From NCBI GenBank assembly GCA_030390025.1, contig CM059431.1, positions 119,538,001 to 119,602,000 of the forward strand: a stretch of DNA of 64,000 bases. Reading direction: 5' to 3'. Source of the DNA: Squalus acanthias (taxonomy: Eukaryota). How positions within the stretch are numbered: the stretch's first letter is position 1; every line of letters begins with the position of its first letter. Both the position numbers and the translations under genes were made by a program. The notes under the pieces are model-generated. The model did not search any database and was not told the DNA's origin. It was given only the letters and a program-made list of their open reading frames with translations. Below are positions 58,634 through 64,000 of the stretch, one piece after another.

Positions 58634-59371
58634 TTGTTGTCAGGAAGAGTTGCAAGAGGGTCAAAAATCAAGCTGCTGGCTTCCTGTCCAGCTTGTGAAC
58701 AAGAGACAGTGGGTGGTGGGGGGCAGTTGTTCCCGTTCAGTTGTGTAAAATCAGATAAGGGAGATAAAGGGAGTCAGGCAGATCCTCATTTTAAGATCGA
58801 GGCAACTAGAGCAAGAGGAAGAAAAGATCAGAAAAGTTATATTTAGTCCTTTAACAGGAACAGTGCAGCATGTTTTGTTATTTTCTGTACTGCAAGCAGA
58901 GATACTGAATTAAGATGAAGTAAAACAAGATTTAATATAAATCTTACTTTGTACACTCAATTTCCAATTGTAAAATAAACCGGTTCATTGATATACATTT
59001 TGCCTCATTCTCACTAAAATGTTGATCAGTCTCCCCTTTGGGAGATTGGAGAAGCATGTATGGAGATTGCAGTGTTGTCATTTATCTAGATATGGGGTAG
59101 TAAATGTAATCTCCTGATGATGAGACATGGGATTCACTTACAAGGCAGACCAATAACACTAAATTCAAAGGAATATCTTGAGCAGACCTGAAATACGTAG
59201 CATATCTTTTGGATGGCTTGTCATCACATGCAGTAAATTACCATACACGAATGTTATGGCAATTACCATGCAGATAATACTTTACTTTCAGCATAATGGT
59301 AAATATCCACTGTTTGGGGTAGATTTTGACTTTGTGTGATAGCGTAAAACGGATGATAGCAAACCTATACC

Positions 59372-59955
59372 TATATAAAACACGAGTTCGACCCCAGCTG
59401 GAGTATTGTGTCCAATTTTGGGCACCTCACTTTAGGAAGGATGTGAAGGCTTTGGAGAGGGTACAGAAGAGATTTACTAGAATGGTTCCCGGGATGAGGG
59501 AATACAGTTATGTGGCTAGACTAGAGAAGCTGGGGTTGTTCTCCTTGGAGCAGAGAAGGCTAAGAGGAGATTTGATAGAGGTGTTTAAAATCATAAAGGA
59601 TTTAGATAGAGTAAATAAAGAGAAACTGTTTCCAATGGCTGAAGGTTCGATAACCAGAGGTCGCAGATTTAAGGTGATTGGAAAAAGAACCAGAGGCGAC
59701 ATGAGAAAAAAAAAAATTACGCAACGAGTGGTTAGGATTTGGAATGCACAGCCTGATAGGGTGGTGGAAACAGATTCAATTGTAGCTTTCAAAAGGGAAT
59801 TGGATACGTACCTGAAGGAGAAAGAATTGCAGGGATATGGGGAAAGAGCGGGGGAGTGGGACTAGCTGGATTGCTCTTTGAACGTGCCGGTGCAGACTCG
59901 ATTTGCCGAATGGTGCCTTTCTGTGCTGTACTATTCTATGATTCTATGATTCTAT
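59372..59955 (+). mobile_element. CR1 LINE 3' end
   Basis: YKTRVRPQLEYCVQFWAPH...GYGERAGEWD; (ATTCTATG)n tail. Confidence 0.92.
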
Positions 59956-61745
59956 AAAATAGGAAGCCCACTTTATATCTCTCCTGATTTTTATTTGCAC
60001 TGTCTTCAATGGAAATAAAAATTGTGAGATGTAAAATGGGCTGCTGATTCACAGTCACCTGGTTTGCATTATTGCACAATGTCAAAGTTACCCCCTTTCT
60101 GTCTAGTTCCCATCTAAACTGCCTTATCCTTCCCACACTGAAACATTCCACCAGCCCAAAAAAAAACACACAGGCAAGTTGCACTGTGGGTCTTTGAACC
60201 CAATATATTTTGTAAAAATTGTAGTCAATCTTTGATTAATGGAGTTTGTTCAGCAATACATATGACTTCTTGTCCCATAACAAATTATTTGGCGGACTTT
60301 GGAAAGTGTGCAGGCTTAACTGGAATATCTCACCGAGTCAAGATGAGTGACAAGACAGGAGTTGACTGAAAAGGTTCCAACAGCACATATTTTCCATGTT
60401 GCACATTTGCCAGTCTACAAACTCATGGGACCATAATGTGTGAGTAATGTGAAGCAGTTAAAGCATTTTTCATAGCTTAAGAAGTTATATGTACCTGCAG
60501 TAGAACAACCTCAAATGAGATGTATTTTTCACTGTAGTGACACTAATGTTTGAAGAAATGGAGCATGCACATAAGATCTAATTCTGGAAAGTAAAAATTA
60601 TTGCTACCACTTTATGCCAAACTGGGCCTCTTTGTCAACAAACAAAACTGCATTGTTCTTTTTGTTTTGTTAATTAATTCATTCTTTCCTTTAAAGAATC
60701 TGATTGATATATCAAGTCAAAAATTGCCACAATTAGATATTTTTATAATTGGTTTACAAGAACAAGTTTGGATAATTAACCAAATAAACTCTGTGACTGT
60801 TTAACCAACAATAAACCTGATGGTTTGACAGTTTGATTTGTTGATTAGAGTTTCCATTGCACAGCTAGCATTATTAATGCTATGTCCCTTAATGATGCCA
60901 GAACAATCTACTGATAGCCGGGGGAGTCTGCAGCTAGGGAAGGCTTTATGCAAAGAAATGTAAGAAGTTTACATTAGGTTATCATGTAATATGGAATAAA
61001 AGGACATTGGGATTGTCGTCATCACACCTTACATTTTTAGAATATAGAATCTAATGCCTGATTTGGGCTGTGAGTTGACAAGTATACAATAGATCCACTC
61101 TATAACCCAGTCTCTGGGATCATACAGCAGTGTTTCATATCAGGGTTGAATTTTAGATAAATACATCTATATATTTTGTCTATTAGTTAAAAAGCCACAG
61201 ACAATGCAGTTACACCTAAGATCATTATAGTGAGAGGCTAATGTATTGAAAACTTTAGTGCATTTTGTGTTCAATTCTTCGATGATGCAGTTGCATTGCA
61301 GTTATATTGGACCCCGGAGCAAAATGGAGAGTAATGTTTGGTTAATTATTAAATCATCCAAACATGGAAATCATGCATGAGGGAAGAAAGGAAATGGCAA
61401 AATAAGATTAGGACTGTCTTTCACATTTAGTGAACCTGTATCTACATCCTTTATACTTGCAGTGTAGGTCAGACACTAACGCATCGATATGTGCCGAATG
61501 CCCGGAGTTTTATTTGATTTTCATTAATCAAAGAAAATTAAAACTAAAGCATAATTTAATAAAGCATATTCTTACGTACAAGAGTGTTATTCCTTATATT
61601 TTGCAATATTTACTAACATAATCAATTATTAACCAATTACTGCTCTTTCCAAAGGATATATAATTGCAGTCAGAATTCCATACAGAGATCCAATCTAGTT
61701 GCAATACAAAAGTGTCCATTATTCAGCATTAATTATAGAATCATA

Positions 61746-62596
61746 GGCCGCAATTTTATCGGCACTGAGCGGGCAGGTTTGGAGGAGGGTCAAGGGTCAA
61801 AATTGTTTTGATTGACGGCGGGTTTCGATCCCGCCGTCAACCTGCCTCCAAACAATTTTCCCAAGTGTCGGGTCCCCGATTTACGCATGGACCCGACACC
61901 TAGCGGTGGGAAGAGAATTAAAGCCACCTACCCTCCTGTTAAAAGGTACTTCATAGTAGTTAACAGGCTCTTTTTGAATTTTGCCGCTTCTGCCTCAGTA
62001 TTCCCGACGTCCGGACACCACGCCAGGTAAGTGTGGCGTGTTGTGAGTCTGCTGCAGTGTTTCTGCATTGATGACAGCTGCAGAAGTGGGGTGAAGGACC
62101 CAATGGTGCACTGGTGCATTTCAGAGGTAAGGAAATGTTGGGAAAATCATTTTTAATGCTTTTACACTTTTCTGTAGGTAAAAAGTTTTGAATTAGCTGT
62201 CTAGTTCCACCTCATTGGGAGAACCTTTCTCACCAGTTACAGATTGCTCCTGTCACCTCACCTGCAGCTGCCATCTGTTCCAGCCTATGGAGGGAGTCAC
62301 TGGAGAGCTTGGGTGCAAGAGCTCATGTTTGTACAGTGATTGTCAGTGTTTGCAGCACCTCAATGCTGTCAAACACTGAGAAATGAGCTGTCAAAGAAAA
62401 ATTGTGCGTGGTTCCTTTAAGAAAACCGGCATCTGACCGGCTTTCTTTTAATTGGCCAGCAAGCCCGCAGGGTGGGCTTAACAAGGTCAATCAGCGTAAA
62501 ATCACGTCCGTGGGCCGGATGTAGTTGGGGGCGGGACTGGAAGCCAGAAACCACCTGACCTGCTCCCAACCCGCATCTATATACAAAATCGCGGCC
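61746..62596. mobile_element. MITE family C
   Basis: TIR GGCCGCAATTTT / AAAATCGCGGCC, TSD ATA. Confidence 0.88.
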
Positions 62597-62803
62597 ATAG
62601 AGTCATATAATGATACAGGGTTAAGCAATCTCGTAATAAAGAATTCTCTGGTGCAGAGTGATCATAATATGATAGAATTTCACATTAAGTTTGAGAGTGA
62701 CTTGCCTATGTCCGAAACTAGAGTCTTACAGGGAGAAATTCATTAGAGCCCCGTTTGGGTCGCTAACTTTTAAAAGTTGAAAAAATTAGCGCCAAGAGCT
62801 AAT

Positions 62804-63696
62804 GGGGGAAAATTCAGTTGGTTGCGCCTCCCGTTAGTACCTTAAGAGGGCGCTAATGGGGCGCAAAGCATCTAGCGCCCAGGCGCGGCGATGTTTGCGC
62901 CACTCGTGAAATTAACTAGACATTTTGCGGCGGCGCTAAACACTACCACCACGATCTCCTGCGCCGGCAGATCGTGACATCAGTCGAGTGCGCAACACCC
63001 CAGTATCGCCCCGGAGCGGATATTGAGTGGCGCCCCCTGCCTTACCGCCTGACGCTAGCAATGACAGGTTGAGGGGAGCGTTTTGCAGTCATGAAGGGAC
63101 TGGGGGAGCGCTATTTAAAGGCGACCGCTTCCTGCCTTTTATTGTTGGTGCCATTTTTGAACCACGCATTCTGAGAGAGAGGGAGAGAGACTTCTGGAGA
63201 GATTCAACGCTGTGTGAAGGGGTTTTTGGTACTGAGCAGCACTTTGCAGGTTCATTTTGATTTGCCATTCCTTCTATCAATTTAGAAGAGATTGTGGGGG
63301 CTGCACTCTGAGCTCTTTGCCTGGTAATCTCCATTGTTCTTTCCAGCAGATTTGATGTGCAGGTCTCTCCAGGCCGAGATTCAAAGCTGCAATGAGTAGG
63401 ATGTGGATGGGAAGCAAGATCAACCATCCCCTTTAAGAACTGGTCCGTGCCATTGTGTGTGTGTTCCATTGCTGACTGACATCACATGAGCTTCGCCAGC
63501 ACTCTGAGGTAGCGCCTCGCTCCTTGGCCTTTGCGCCTTAAGACAGGTGTGAAGCGCCTGATTTAGCACTCCAATCACCTCCAGGGGGCGATAAAAGTCA
63601 AGTTTGCAGTCGGTGGCGATAATTAGCGCCAGGCGCTAATTTTTGCGCCCGGCCAATAATTGCGCCCCAAATGGGGCGATACTGAATTTCGCCCCC
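62804..63696. mobile_element. GC-rich Harbinger-like MITE nested in a related element (62731 to window end)
   Basis: TIR GGGGAAAATTCAG / CTGAATTTCGCCCC, TSD ATG; the outer element starts GGGAGAAATTCA at 62731. Confidence 0.65.
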
Positions 63697-64000
63697 ATGT
63701 TTCTCAACTTTTTTAAAATTTGGTTTTGTGCTCCAGGAAGGAAGTGCAGCGCTAAACCAAGTGCTCCACTTCCTTCCTGGAGCGCAACAGGCAGCAGGCA
63801 GCGCTGCCACGTTGGAAGGCTCCTTCCCTCCCTTAAACATAAGAGCCATCATTGCAGGCTTTGCAAGGAAAAGCAACTTACCTGGTCCCTGACAGCAGTT
63901 GTGATCCAGTCCGATCAGCCCGATGCACTGCAGCGGAGTGCCGGGCTGATTGAGCGCTGGAGAAAAAAAGCAAAAAAACAGAGAAGGAGCATTTTATTAT

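Noticed and set aside
59960..61730. Possible host exons in AT-rich unique DNA
   Set aside because: Only weak AG/GT pairs and no recognisable coding signal; small exons cannot be excluded without RNA or conservation data.

Overview
Eukaryotic, repeat-dense DNA; no host gene or RNA gene could be supported. The repeat mix (CR1 and L2 LINEs, Penelope-like elements, Deu-domain SINE, PIF/Harbinger MITEs) suggests a cartilaginous fish (inference). The main feature is an apparently intact, very young 12.65-kb retrovirus-like provirus at 5277-17928 (+), inserted into a Penelope element. It has 1637-bp LTRs that look identical, a GGGA target-site duplication and a tRNA-Arg(UCG)-type PBS. Gag carries overlapping PSAP/PPxY late domains and one CCHC knuckle, and joins Pol in frame across a UGA-CUAG readthrough context. 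Pol is PR-RT-tether-RNaseH-IN plus a long tail. The 783-aa Env resembles a paramyxo/pneumovirus-type F fusogen and carries an N-terminal immunoglobulin-like domain. This architecture best fits lokiretroviruses. Three solo LTRs from two related families share a splice-donor motif, a polyA signal and a covarying U5 structure carrying a tRNA T-loop motif. The rest is nested decayed LINEs, SINEs and MITEs. All calls were made by eye; boundaries of decayed repeats are approximate.
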